Below are positions 41,415 through 55,100 of a stretch of 64,000 bases of DNA, in pieces. A model generated the notes under the pieces. The model was given only the letters and a program-made list of their open reading frames with translations, did not search any database and was not told where the DNA came from. Within the stretch, counting starts at the first letter, position 1. The number at the start of each line of letters is the position of its first letter. The stretch is from Eledone cirrhosa (lineage: Eukaryota). The stretch spans positions 30,318,001-30,382,000 of the forward strand of contig OZ024741.1 in the NCBI GenBank assembly GCA_964016885.1. Reading direction: 5' to 3'. The position numbers and the translations under genes were made by a program.

Positions 41415-41975
41415 GCTGCGGTTCCACCGTGGACTCTTTCGCCCTCCACCCGCTTTCCTGTTGCCACAGTGCCGGCCGCATTCCACGCCATGTTGCCCTC
41501 AACGAGGTCATTAAGCATGGCTTGGACGCTGCAGGCTTTCCTTCACAGCTCGAACCGGTGGGGCTGGATCGAGGGGACGGCAAAAGGCATGACCATCTTC
41601 ACGTTCGGCGGTGGCAAACCCCTCGTCGGGGATGCCACTTGCACCGACACCTTCTGCAGCCGCAACCTGGTGCAGCCTGCGACTGAACCAGGTTCTGCTG
41701 CACGTCTGGCTGAGGGGGCCAAACTCCTCAAATACCGGTCGCTCTCTTACATGTTTGCGGTCGTTCCCCTGGCAGTGGAGACTTCTGGTGGCCTCAGCTC
41801 CAGGGCTACCGCCTTACTCACCACCATAGGCGCTGAGCTGGCCAGCCGCAGGTGTGAGCCCCGCCAGTTGGAGTGGCATTTCCAGCGCGTCTTCCTTGCC
41901 GTCCTCCGGAGAAACGTTTTCTCCATTCTGTCCGCCGGGGCTGTGGGTGGGCCCCATCCCATACCAATACATTAG
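41415..41975 (+). mobile_element. CRE-like LINE C-terminal fragment (restriction-like endonuclease)
   Basis: HPLSC..RH.ALNEVI, LEPVGL.RGDGKR, D.TCTDT, AEGAKLLKY, VPLAVETSG, FQRVFLAVLRRN; frameshift near 41590. Confidence 0.75.
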
Positions 41976-42026
41976 TTAAATACCATTCTTTCATCTGATA
42001 TATGTATGAATGTTCTCTTATAGTTT

Positions 42027-42300
42027 TAGTCTACGACTTCATTTATACCATGTACGTGGTTTTTTCTTTGCGTGTAAATGTACTCAACGCTCCACATAAT
42101 GACGTATTATCTTCGTTTTTTCAGTTCATTGCCAGAGAACGTCTCAACGAACCACCTAATAGAATATTAGTCTACAACTACATTTATACCATAAACGTGG
42201 TTTTGTCTTTGCGTGTAATTGTTATCACCGCTCCAAATAATGACGTATTATCTTCGTTTTTTTCCCGTTTTTTGCCAGGGAACGTTTCTACGAACCAAAG
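42027..42300. repeat. ~140-bp tandem duplication
   Basis: Two copies of ttagtctac.act.catttatacca...gctcca.ataatgacgtattatcttcgttttt. Confidence 0.85.
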
Positions 42301-42561
42301 TATCGTCTTCCTGTCTTCCTTCGAATCCAACGTTTTTTGAAATATTCACTTCTGCGTTCACAGATTGATTTTTTTTTAGTTTAAGAAGATCCCGTTATGG
42401 GTGACAGCAGCGATTCTTTGCTTAAACTTTAATCTGTTATTTTAATAAATATTTGGTCTATGGTTCTTATATATTCGATATATATTTATCCCTATCGAGC
42501 GCTCTTTGGATTTTAGTCTTCAAATAATATTAATATTACTATATATATATATATATATATA

Positions 42562-43326
42562 TATAAATTCAGCGAGAATGGCATTTCGGCGGGTAGAAAA
42601 AGCGAAAAGAAACGCAAAATCAGAGTTATGCTGGCAAGCGCTCAATAGTTAAAAGTCCAGAGCTAAACAATATGTTAATATGCCATACAAACTGAAAAAG
42701 TTGTCAAGAAGGCATTAACCACCTGAGCCAAAAAACAAATCAAGCTAAACAGGTCAAACAACATAAATGATAAAAACAGACATGGACCCTTTGGAATTGA
42801 TCGTAAAATCCAAATGCAGGGATTGTATCACACCTAAATCAATAATAGTGTCTGCTTAAAACTATAAGCTTTTGGTATAATGATCGAACAAGGAATATCA
42901 CGTTATCAACATGTATTTTGATCTGCACCAACTTTGTGAATGACGTAGAGCTTTGTAAAAGCACATGTGTGACTTACAAGAGGAAAAACCCCAGATTTTG
43001 CCAAATGAATTCAGTATGTGTATATCCTGCAACAAATTTCATAAATAGCACAAATCGAATAAGCACTCAACCAGGTAGTTTTTAAAATAAACTTATGCAA
43101 TTAATCTGTCAATAGAATGATTAACCGGTTAAGTGTAAGACTCGGGAGATTAATATAAATATAAATTCAGCGAGAATCGCATTGCGGCAGGTACAAAAAG
43201 CGAAACGACACGCAAAATCAGAGTTATGCAGGCAAGCGCTCAATAGTTAAAAAACCAGAGCTAAACAATATGTTAACACGCCATACAAACAGAAAAAGTG
43301 GTCAAGAAGGCAGGGTTTCTATGACA

Positions 43327-43330
<4 letters not shown>
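42562..43330. repeat. Non-coding ~597-bp unit, about 1.3 tandem copies inside (TA)n
   Basis: 42563-42714 is repeated directly at 43160-43312; TA tracts on both sides. Confidence 0.8.
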
Positions 43331-43394
<64 letters not shown>

Positions 43395-43836
43395 CGAGAT
43401 AAAAAAAATAGAACAACTATTGAACTGGCAACTACAAACATTTAGAAATCAGCTAATGAAAAGGATACAATTACACAAATCAACGGGCTATCAGCAATGT
43501 ATATAAAAGAATTTAAAAGTACTGAAAGAAGATAATTCTTCAGATGACTGCAGTAACATGAAATAAAATGTCGGAATAAAACACACTTTAAATGCACAAT
43601 ATACTCCATAGTATGTACTGAGTATTCTTTTTTTTTGTAATATTTGAGTGTATATGCTTAGATCAACTAATATGTAATGTAGTTATATATGAGTAATATA
43701 TATAGATATTTTGTTATTGCAGAAAAGTTGAAAGACAAAGATGACCTCGGCAAGATTTGAGCTCAGATCGCAGAAAGCCGGATCAAATAATAGAAGTCAC
43801 TGCGTTCACTCAACATCCAAGGGTAAAGCAACAAAA

Positions 43837-43868
<32 letters not shown>

Positions 43869-44041
43869 GACGACGACGACGTCGACGACGAAGACAACGC
43901 CGACTACTACTACTATACATTTTGCTACAAAAGAGTGTTCTAAAATTGGCGCTCTATTCATTGTAGCTTTCATTATCTATTTTTTTTCATGAATCCTGCC
44001 TGAAAACATTCCACACACAAAAAACTGGCGCAAATATATGG

Positions 44042-44089
<48 letters not shown>

Positions 44090-44723
44090 AGTAACATAGT
44101 GGTAAATAGACTGAGGGGTAAAGAGACAGAGAGGAAAGAGACAGAGAGAACAGACAGTAGTAAAGCGGGGGAAATAGATGATATTCGCTTTGGTCTTCTT
44201 ATACAAATGCTATATTTCCTTTCTATTTTTGGTACGATTCATTGGTTCTCCGAGTACAAAAAAATGGTGCAAAATATACATATGCATAAAGACGTAGAAA
44301 CACGCATACAAACACACACACACACACACACGCACACGTTCTCACTCTCTCACACACAAACACACACACTCACTCACTATCACACATACTACTAGAAATG
44401 CACTCACACAAACACACACACACACACTCACTCACTATCCCACACACAACTAGAAATGCACTAACACAGACACATACACACACACACACTCACTATCACA
44501 CACAAGACTAGAGATATACTTACACAGACCACACATACACACACACACACACACGCACACACACACACATAATATATATGTATATATAGATAGTTTCGCT
44601 TGTTCAAAGAAATGAGTTACAACACAGAAACACAGCAACATACACCAGCGGGTATGTATGGTCTTCTCTCTCTCTCCCCTCTCTGTCTCTCTCTTTCTCT
44701 CTCTCCTTCTCTCTCTCTCTCTC

Positions 44724-44799
<76 letters not shown>

Positions 44800-44958
44800 C
44801 ATATATATATATATGTACGTATATGTATATGTATGTATATAGATCTATATTAATTTACATGTACACACATATATATATATATGCATTTATATATGGATAT
44901 ATATATATGTGTACATATATATGCATGTATATGTACGTACATATATATATATATGTAT

Positions 44959-45001
<43 letters not shown>

Positions 45002-45023
45002 TGTTTAGACTTACAAACGCGCG

Positions 45024-45076
<53 letters not shown>

Positions 45077-45995
45077 ACATGTATATATATATACACACAC
45101 AAACATGCTGGTATAATATAAGAATGCAAAGTTGTTGATTATGTCACTAATATATACTTTATTGATTAGTACTAAGTGCCACATGGAAACAACAAAACAA
45201 ATTCTATACCTGGCAAGTATAATGCTGAGACCAATTTAGATCCTAAACACCTATTCTTTTATTTCATATACATAGAGACATACACGCTTTGCAATAACAG
45301 TGTCGCAATAATTGTTTGTGCAATTTAATATAAGAAAAATTATCATTAATTATAAATATACAATTGGCATACTGTATTTGTATGTATGTACGCATGCTTC
45401 TCTCTCTCTCACTCTCTCTCCTTCTCTTTCCCCCTCTCTCTCTCTCTTTCATTCTCTCTCCTCTCCTCTCACTCTCTATCTATCTCTCTATATATATATT
45501 TATATATATAGATATATACATACATATATATAAGAAAATTATAAAATAAGAAAATTATAAAGTTAACTTACTTACTATAATATATATTATAGAATTCTCT
45601 TGGCCTTTGTCACTCTAGGTAGCTTTAAAGAATTAGCTTTTAAAGAATTTCCCTTTTCTGTAAATCCATCAAACATGACCGACCCCCAACCATTTATAGA
45701 CACCTGAAAATAGGCATTGTTAGCTTAAGAGAAACTTAAAAATAAGGAGTGGTACCCCATTCTGAACCTGTTTATAGAATTCTTTCTGCCTTTGTCACTC
45801 TAAATATAAATTATAGCCTTAAAAAATTAGCTGTTAATGAATTCCCTTTTCTTTCAACCAATGACCTCCACCCATCCCACTCCCCACCCTCTCGTACCAT
45901 CTGAAAAGATATAAATACCACAACATTTAATTTTGGAAAGCCTGATTCCTGGTGATTTCTAAAGAATGAAACAGTTCTAGCCCTGTAGTATCTCA

Positions 45996-46037
<42 letters not shown>

Positions 46038-47410
46038 TATAGATAGGTAAATATACACGGGTGTGTATGATTGTGTATAGAAGATTATATTAATAAGAGG
46101 AATTCCAACTTTGTCTGATTTACTCGTTTTATTTACAATCCTTTAAAATATATATAATGGTATTATAATGAAATAGTATGATAGAATATTAAATTCTAAG
46201 TGTTAATTGAACAAGTACTTTCATGATTTCGCAATCTTCAGGTTCATGATATGTGGTGACAGTCGAGTTTGCAATTTTCAACTGTAATGAGATGGGTAAA
46301 TTTCCTACCTTTTATACATTTTATACAGAGAAAAGTGGCTCCAGAATGCAAAGCCCTGTAAACTGTATTTCGACCAATCAGTGTGTAGTTTCACTGAATT
46401 ACTACAGCTGATTGGTTTAAGCGTCACGGCTGGTTGAGCATGCTAACGACCAATAGTCATATCCAACGTATCAATTGTTTTGCTTTTTTGAAATGATGAA
46501 AATAGCATTTTCTATTAATCATCACCATCAACATCACTTTTATTATTATTATTATTGTTGTTGTTGTTGTTGTTAGTGGTCGTGGTCATAGTGGTAGTAG
46601 AAGTAATACCCCTAGGCGTTATTATTGTTCATTTAGCTTGGGTTTGAATTTATCAATAAAATTCTTTTCTTTGATTTTTCTCTTGATTTCATTTGGGCTG
46701 TGTAATTTGTAGAATGGGAATATTATAAATATTCCCTGACCACATGTTGCCAGGTGGCCGCTTAGGGGTATCTGACGGACATTTGGGTCTCTGATTTGTT
46801 GACGGTGTACCCGTGCACGTTCCGATAGTGCATTTCCAGTTTGACCGACATATAGTTCTTCACAATTCGGGCATTTAATGCAGTAAATTAGATTTCTGCT
46901 TTTGCAGTTCATATTTGCATTTGTGAATATTTTTCCAGTTTTTGTTTTCATATATTGACCGGCGTGTATGGATTGACATGTGCCGCATCGATTATCATTG
47001 CATTTAGATACAGTGAATGATTGGTCTTTGTTGTTAAGGTCAAACTTTGCTTTTGTTAGCAATTGCTTCAAATTTTTTGGCTGTCTTTTACTAAGAGTCA
47101 AAGATCGATCTGTGATTAAGCCTTTTAATTCATTACTTTGAGCAATGATCGGTAGGTTTGCTTTGGCAGTGTTGAAGATATTCTGGTGACATGGGTTGTG
47201 TGTCATTATAAATGGTATGACCAGTTCTTGGTTTCTTCTTCTTTGGGTAGTTCTAAGTTGTTGTATAGGTATTTTTATAGCCCGCTGTATGCCATTTTCT
47301 ATAAGTAGAGATGGGTATTTTTGTTTGAGCAAAAATTCTCTTAGTTCTGTTAGGCGTTTGTACCTGGTATTCGTATCTTCTACAATGGTACAAATTCTTC
47401 TGGCTAGGCA

Positions 47411-49421
47411 AAAGGAAGAAATATCTATCTCGACCAATACATTGACATCCTGTCTAAATTTCCTCTTAGACATAATACTAATGTTAGGCCAAACATTAAC
47501 AAATCAGAAATGTCTGCACTTAAACGTATACAAAATGATAAAACAATAATAATTAAACAAGCAGATAAAGGGGGTGCAGTTGTTATAATGGATACTGAAT
47601 ACTACAAGGATTTGGTTGAGGAACAACTGAAAGACACAACATTCTATCATGAAATACCGTCAAATATAGACCACAACATCATGAAGAAGATCAACAACCT
47701 GGCTTCAAAATACCACAACTCATTTACTGATAAGGAAAGAGACTACATCACCAATTTTGAGCCGAAACCCAGCAACCTGTATGGCCTACCGAAAGTTCAC
47801 AAGTCAAAAGAAATACAACTGGCAGTAAGAGAACAAAACAGTGAGTACATTAAATTATTACACCCAAAAAGACTTAAAACTTAGACCTATTATAGCTGGT
47901 CCAACATGCCCCACTCACCGTCTAAGCAATTTTGTTGACATTATTTTGAAACCACTATGTATTCACATACCCAGTTTCATCCGGGATGATATCGACTTCC
48001 TGTCCCATCTTCCCAAAACCACGGAAACGAATTCACTTCTACTCAGTTTTGATGTGGTAAGCCTTTACACCAACATTACACATGATTTAGGAATAAAGGC
48101 GGTTAAATACTGGGTGGAAAAACATAGAGAAGTGATTCCCATTAGATTCACAGTGCCATTTATATTAGACGCAGTTAAACTTATTCTGGAAAACAACACT
48201 TTCTTCTTCAATGGAAAGAATTACATCCAAATTAGAGGCACAGCGATGGGAACGAAGTTTGCTCCCGTTTACGCGAACTCTGTAATGGGATACTTAGAAC
48301 AACAACTCTACCAAGAAATAGAGGAAAAATATAGTACTGACTTTAGAAAGTACATTGAAAAATCTTGGAAGAGATACCTTGACGACTGTTTCATCATCTG
48401 GACAGAATCTCTAGATACTCTGGATGAGTTCAATATCCTCCTGAATAACCTACACCCATCTCTCCAATTCACAAAAGAGATGAATAGGACCAAATTACCA
48501 TTCCTAGATATACTGATAATCAAAAACCACACCACCATTACCACGGATATATATTATAAACACACAGACACCCATCAATATCTGAATTTTAAGTCGTGCC
48601 ATCCACCTCATACAAAACGCAACATCCCATACTGCCTAGCCAGAAGAATTTGTACCATTGTAGAAGATACGAATACCAGGTACAAACGCCTAACAGAACT
48701 AAGAGAATTTTTGCTCAAACAAAAATACCCATCTCTACTTATAGAAAATGGCATACAGCGGGCTATAAAAATACCTATACAACAACTTAGAACAACCCAA
48801 AGAAGAAGAAACCAAGAACTGGTCATACCATTTATAATGACACACAACCCATGTCACCAGAATATCTTCAACACTGCCAAAGCAAACCTACCGATCATTG
48901 CTCAAAGTAATGAATTAAAAGGCTTAATCACAGATCGATCTTTGACTCTTAGTAAAAGACAGCCAAAAAATTTGAAGCAATTGCTAACAAAAGCAAAGTT
49001 TGACCTTAACAACAAAGACCAATCATTCACTGTATCTAAATGCAATGATAATCGATGCGGCACATGTCAATCCATACACGCCGGTCAATATATGAAAACA
49101 AAAACTGGAAAAATATTCACAAATGCAAATATGAACTGCAAAAGCAGAAATCTAATTTACTGCATTAAATGCCCGAATTGTGAAGAACTATATGTCGGTC
49201 AAACTGGAAATGCACTATCGGAACGTGCACGGGTACACCGTCAACAAATCAGAGACCCAAATGTCCGTCAGATACCCCTAAGCGGCCACCTGGCAACATG
49301 TGGTCAGGGAATATTTATAATATTCCCATTCTACAAATTACACAGCCCAAATGAAATCAAGAGAAAAATCAAAGAAAAGAATTTTATTGATAAATTCAAA
49401 CCCAAGCTAAATGAACAATAA
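47411..49421 (+). pseudogene. PLE reverse transcriptase + GIY-YIG endonuclease ORF, 5'-truncated, one frameshift near 47870
   Basis: IKQADKGGAVVIMD, LYGLPKVHK, RPIIAG, SFDVVSLYTNI, GTAMGTKFAP, RYLDDCF, LPFLD, SCHP, CNDNRCGTC, NLIYCIKCPNCEELYVGQT, PKLN. Confidence 0.95.
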
Positions 49422-49796
49422 TAACGCCTAGGGGTATTACTTCTACTACCACTATGACCACGACCACTAACAACAACAACAACAACAATAATACTAATAA
49501 TAAAAGTGATGTTGATGGTGATGATTAATAGAAAATGCTATTTTCATCATTTCAAAAAAGCAAAACAATTGATACGTTGGATATGACTATTGGTCGTTAG
49601 CATGCTCAACCAGCCGTGACGCTTAAACCAATCAGCTGTAGTAATTCAGTGAAACTACACACTGATTGGTCGAAATACAGTTTACAGGGCTTTGCATTCT
49701 GGAGCCACTTTTCTCTGTATAAAATGTATAAAAGGTAGGAAATTTACCCATCTCATTACAGTTGAAAATTGCAAACTCGACTGTCACCACATATCA

Positions 49797-49835
49797 TGAA
49801 CCTGAAGATTGCGAAATCATGAAAGTACTTGTTCA
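49797..49835 (+). ncRNA. Minimal type I hammerhead ribozyme
   Basis: TGAAC-CTGAAGA-TTGCGAAATCAT-GAAA-GTAC-TT-GTTCA; stem II has one mismatch relative to the 7530 copy. Confidence 0.72.
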
Positions 49836-49977
49836 ATTAACACTTAGAATTTAATATTCTATCATACTATTTCATTATAATACCATTATATATATTTTAA
49901 AGGATTGTAAATAAAACGAGTAAATCAGACAAAGTTGGAATTCCTCTTATTAATATATATATATATATATATATATT

Positions 49978-50905
49978 TTGAGTTAAGAACTCAGGGTAGT
50001 CCCTTACAATTAAATAGCTCTAAGAAAAAAAGCTTTTCCGAGCTGTACAATATAATTGAATAAACAAGAGAGATGAACACTGATATAAACATACATGTGT
50101 TCGAATCGTAAGGACTAAAATTTGCTAGGGTGAAAAAATACTAACTACAGCAATATAGTTTGTTATCCTTAACTTTAAATATTAAATTAAGAAAAATTAA
50201 GAAAAATAACAGACCTATATTGGGCAAAAATGCCTGGTAACAACTAGACAGTGTTGGAGACTGTTCCGCAACGACTTATTAAGTGAAGTTTTCACGTTTC
50301 TCTGCTCCTCAGTAGTTGTTTAGAAATTAGTGATTCTTTCATTTCTAAAATGATTAGAGAATGAATTGTGTACGATATGAATTATCGCACGTGTCATTTG
50401 GAACCCAGCTTGTCCCGAAATTCCCTGCCGCTAAAAATAGCAGCCTGGCTGACAGGACAATAAAGATTAGCTCTACATGATGGAGCCGACAAATATATAT
50501 TGAGTTAAGAACACAGGGTAATCCATTACAATTAAATAGCTCTAAGAAAAAAGCTTTTCCGAGCCGTACAATATAATTGAATAAACAAGAGAGATGAACA
50601 CTAATATAAACATACATGTGTTCGAATCGTAAGGACTAAACTCTGCTAGGGTGAAAATATACTAACTACAACAATATAGTGTGTTATCCTTAAATTAAAT
50701 AGAGGCAGGGAATTTCGAGCAGAGAAACGTGAAAACTTCACTTAATAAGTCGTTGCGGAACAGTCTCCAACACTGTCTAGTTGTTACCAGGCATTTTTGC
50801 CCAATATAGGTCTGTTATTTTTCTTAATTTTTCTTAATTTAATATTTAAAGTTAAGGATAACAAACTATATTGCTGTAGTTAGTATTTTTTCACCCTAGC
50901 AAATT
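49978..50905. repeat. Non-coding ~522-bp unit in tandem plus inverted arrangement
   Basis: 49978-50170 is repeated at 50500-50692; ~50718-50905 is the reverse complement of ~50118-50306; a diverged relative lies at 59880-60192. Confidence 0.85.
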
Positions 50906-52134
50906 CTTGTGGAGGGGACAAGTTCCGTTGGTGACGCGATCCATCTGCTGCCAGCACCCTCTACGCGGAGGGCTGTGCATGCCGTGACTAATGATGCGCA
51001 GACATGCTTTGAGGCTACGACATCTCCAGATATTCTGCCTAAACGGTGAACAGGTGTGGTCGCCGTTTATCAGACGGCCCTTTCCGCAGCTCGTTTCTTT
51101 GACTGAGCTGCAGTCCTGGGTCAACAAGAGACCGAGACTGGGTGAATGGCACCTGGAAAGTTGCCAGGCACTCACTGCCCTCTACCAAGCGGGCAATGTG
51201 ATCAGTGGAACATCCACTCTCGAGTTCTATAGAGGATTAGTGGTGGGCAAGTGCGATGACGCACTCGGAGAAGCTTTGGGCCTCGACGAAGTCGAACTGC
51301 CCAGTCTGTACCGGAGGACTTTCGAACCGGGGACGATGGACAATTTCCAGAAATCCCTCGCTTGGCAGTGCTACCGGGGTGCACTGCCGGTTCGGGATAA
51401 ACTCTACACGCATGGAAGTGCTGTCAGACGGACCTGCCCAAGAAAGCTGCGCACAGAACGACGAAACCGTTCTGCACGCACTTGTCCAATGTCCGTGCAT
51501 TACTGACTTGTGGAGTTATGTCGAACAGATAATGTCGCGTGTGGAACGAATCCGGCTATCGGCCGAGTCCATAGTGAAGATCGACCCGCCGCCTTCCTTA
51601 CGTCAGGAAGAGCAGGACATTTTCCTCTGTCTGGTGGCAGTTGCGAAAGAGGTTATATGGTGGACCAGATTAAAAGGACTGAAGACAGACAATTTTCTCT
51701 TCGGCCAATCCCTCATCAACTTCTTCAAGTTACACCTGGAAAGGAAGGTGAGGGCGAGAGAGAAGTGCTGCCCTCCAGTACATTTTCTAGAAGGTGAATG
51801 AATGTGGCGAGAATGGCCCTTGTGGATGGGCCTACTCTGACCATGTGCCTATAGGCTAGCTCACTTGAAGAGATATGTGCACTCCCTGGGTGCCCTAGAA
51901 GTGCAGGTTGGTTCACGATTGATGGGGTACCTGAGTCCCCCCAGGGTCGTCCACCCCCTATCGGGGAATTTATTTCGTTATATTTATGCATAGTTTATTT
52001 TATATTTTGTATATCTTCATTCTTAAATTAGTCTTGCCATTGTGCACTTTTACTCGACATTATTGTAAACCCCCACTGTCCCTGTCTTTGTATTGTCCCT
52101 TACATGTTGGCCCTTGTGGTTAATAAATGAAATC
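50904..52134 (+). mobile_element. Tx1/L1-like LINE 3' fragment, related to the 27475 element
   Basis: MMRRHALRLRHLQ, MDNFQKSLAWQCYRGALPVR and ETVLHALVQCP are shared with the 27475-30529 element; ends aataaatgaaatc. Confidence 0.9.
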
Positions 52135-52165
<31 letters not shown>

Positions 52166-52166
<1 letters not shown>

Positions 52167-55100
52167 AGTTGCATTTATCTTGCTTTATGTGCATACGAGT
52201 TATCACCAACTCACACCCAGTGACCTGAAGAGACAACAAGGTCTGCCATGTTCAAGATTGAACATACATACACACACATGCATCTTTAGGTGTTTAGACT
52301 TGTGATGTACTTATATTGACAGAATCTTCCTTAGTATATGGGCAGTTCCAATTAGTACTATCTTTTGTATTTATCCTGTACGCGGGTTTCCTGGGATTTG
52401 CGATAAGTAATCATTAGACCCCTTCTTTTGATGGGGCAGGTCAAAATGCTTAAACATTATCCCATGTATGTATTGTGCAGCTCTGTCATGCCTGTTTAGG
52501 TATTCGGTTGGAGCTATAGGACTGCACATTGAAATTATATGATCAATGGTCTCTGGTTGTTTTTTACATACACGGCATAATGGGTTGCATCCATTTTTCA
52601 TTATGTTGGGTTGGTAATTTTTTGTTGGCAGACACTGATCTTGTGCTGATATAATCAGTCCTTCAGTCTCCGATTCCAGTCCAGAGGATGCCAAACACTG
52701 ATGGGTTCAAGTTTTGTCAACATCAGGATTGTTAGCTCTTTCTGAGTATTTTCTATACAGAGGCTTTTCTAGCCATTTCTTAGCCAGTTTCTCTAGCAGT
52801 TCTTTCTTTGCAGTTACTTTTACCTGCTTCGCTTTTTCTGTGTTTTCCATTTCAGCAATAAATGGGACTTCTGAAATGTGTAGTTCATTACTGTATCTTT
52901 GTGCATCTTTTGTAATGGAGTATGATCTTTTGATGCTTTCGTGTTTCAAAACGAGTTTGATCATCCAATCATGTGATTCTCTTAGATATGTAGATAATGC
53001 AATTGTTGCAGTTTTCAACGCAATATCTAACTGGATTAACCCACGCCTCCTTCTTTCCTAGGGAGATATATTCTATCTGTATTTGCCTTAGGGTGATGCA
53101 TTCTGTGCATGGTTAAGAATTTCCATCCGTTTGTATCGAGCCTACGGATTTCTGTGCTTGACCAGTTGATGACATTGTAACTGTAGGTTACTACTGGTAT
53201 GGCAAGCATGTTTATGGCATCGATCCTATTCCTTGCCTTCAATTCCGTTCTTAAGATTGCTCTTACTCTGCTGTAACATTCCTTCCTTATCCTTTCCATC
53301 ATTGTCGAGTGCTTGATTCCGTCTCCTTCACAAACACCTAGATATTTGTAAGTTTCCTCTCGATCAAGTTCTCTTATCACATTCCCCCGATCAAGATTAA
53401 TGCCTGGACTTTTCAGCAGCTTTCCTCTGGTGAACGTTGCTTTGGCGCATTTAACTAGTCCAAACTCCATGTTAATGTCATCACTGAAATGCTCCACAGT
53501 GGATAATAGCCCTTGCAATTGTTCATCATTTTTTGCAAATAGTTTCAGGTCATCCATGTAGAACAAGTGATTAATGGTTTTGTCATGTTTTGTCATGTTT
53601 TGTTTCATTGAGCATTTTACTTAACGGTATAAGTGCGATGCAGAATAAAAGCGGTGATAAAGAGTCACCCTGAAAAATTCCACAATTAATATTAACTTCT
53701 CCAGCTTCCAGTGAATTTTTTTCATTATTCAAAAGGAGTTTCGTTTTCCATGTCTTCATACTGAATGACAACGGGAGATATTTTGAAAATCTCTAATCAT
53801 TTTTCAATCCAACTGTGTGGCAAACTATCGAATGCTTTTTTATAATCTATCTAAGCAATTGATAGAGTTTTGTGTCTATTATGACAATCTTCCAGTATCA
53901 TTTTGTTAACCAAAAGCTGATCCTTACAGCCATATGAGCCTCGTTTACACCCTTTCTGGTCATTGGGAAATAGATCATTTGTTATCAGGTGGTCATATGT
54001 ATATTCAGTTAGGACTGATCTTAAAATGTTATTCATTGTGGTCAAGCAAGTTATCGGTCTGTAATTTTTGGGATTGTTTGTCTCATCATTCTTCGGAAGC
54101 AAGAATGTAGTGCCGTTAACTAGTCATGATGGTTTCCTTTCTGGCTCCTTAACTATTTCATTGTAAAGTTGGGCTAACAGCTCATGAAACTCTGTGAAGG
54201 CATTTATCCAAAAATTTGGTATTTTGTCTTTTCCTGGGGATTTCCATTTGCTGGTTTTTCTAAGAGCCAAACGCAACTGTTCAACTGTTATATTTTTCCA
54301 TATTTGTTCCTCAAGGTGAGCTGTATCTTTCATTTGTCTGTCTATCCATGGGGCATGTATATTATAAACTTTTTCTTCGGCCCAGATCTTTTCCCAGAAT
54401 TCTTGCACTTCCTCCTTGGGTGGTATTGATTTAGCAGTTATTGTTGACTTGCCAATTTTTCTGTAGAAATTTCTTTCGTTGTTTTTGAACATATGATTGT
54501 CCTTATAGAATCTAGATCGTTTTTCAAAGCGCCTTATACGAGCAGCTTTGGCCGACACTTTTTGCTTGATTATTTCTACAGTATGTCTATGTCACTTGTT
54601 GATTTTATACTGTATTTTCTTTTCAATTTTCTAAGTTTAGTTTGTTTAACATATTCACCTACTTTGTAGTTTGGTAACATTTCTATGTCAGATCGGAGAA
54701 GGTTTATTTGGCGATTGATGTTCTCTTGCCAAGTAGATTTCTTGTGGGAATTCCTTTGTTGTTTTCATGTTCACTCCACATAAGTGAGTGGTGACTTTAC
54801 CCGATGCATAATAGAGATGATTTAAATCAGTAATGTTTAGTTTGTTTGTGATGATAATGTTTTTGAGAATTATGTTAGTCTTGTGTATTATCTTTTGGTT
54901 CTGTTTGGAGTTCTGGATCTTAGGGAGGGTATCTCGTTCCTCCATGTCAGATTCTTTCATTTTCATCCATTCGATCATAATTTCATCCTTCAAGTTGTCA
55001 AGTTCATTCTCATTCATTTCTGTATCATTTACGATCTCATTGTTTTCATTTTGAGTTTCATCTTGAGCATGCACTCCCTCCACTTTTTCGATCCTTTCTT

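Larger units (their letters stand above)
46048..49957 (+). mobile_element. Young Penelope-like (Neptune-type) retroelement with 1.36-kb inverted 5' arm
   Basis: 46048-47410 is a near-perfect reverse complement of 48633-49957 plus a ~35-bp tail; flanked by (TA)n; hammerhead motifs at 49797-49835 (+) and 46208-46246 (-). Confidence 0.96.

Noticed and set aside
46622-47473. Stand-alone 283-aa GIY-YIG nuclease gene
   Set aside because: It is the inverted arm of the PLE; its N-terminus is antisense sequence read across the inversion junction
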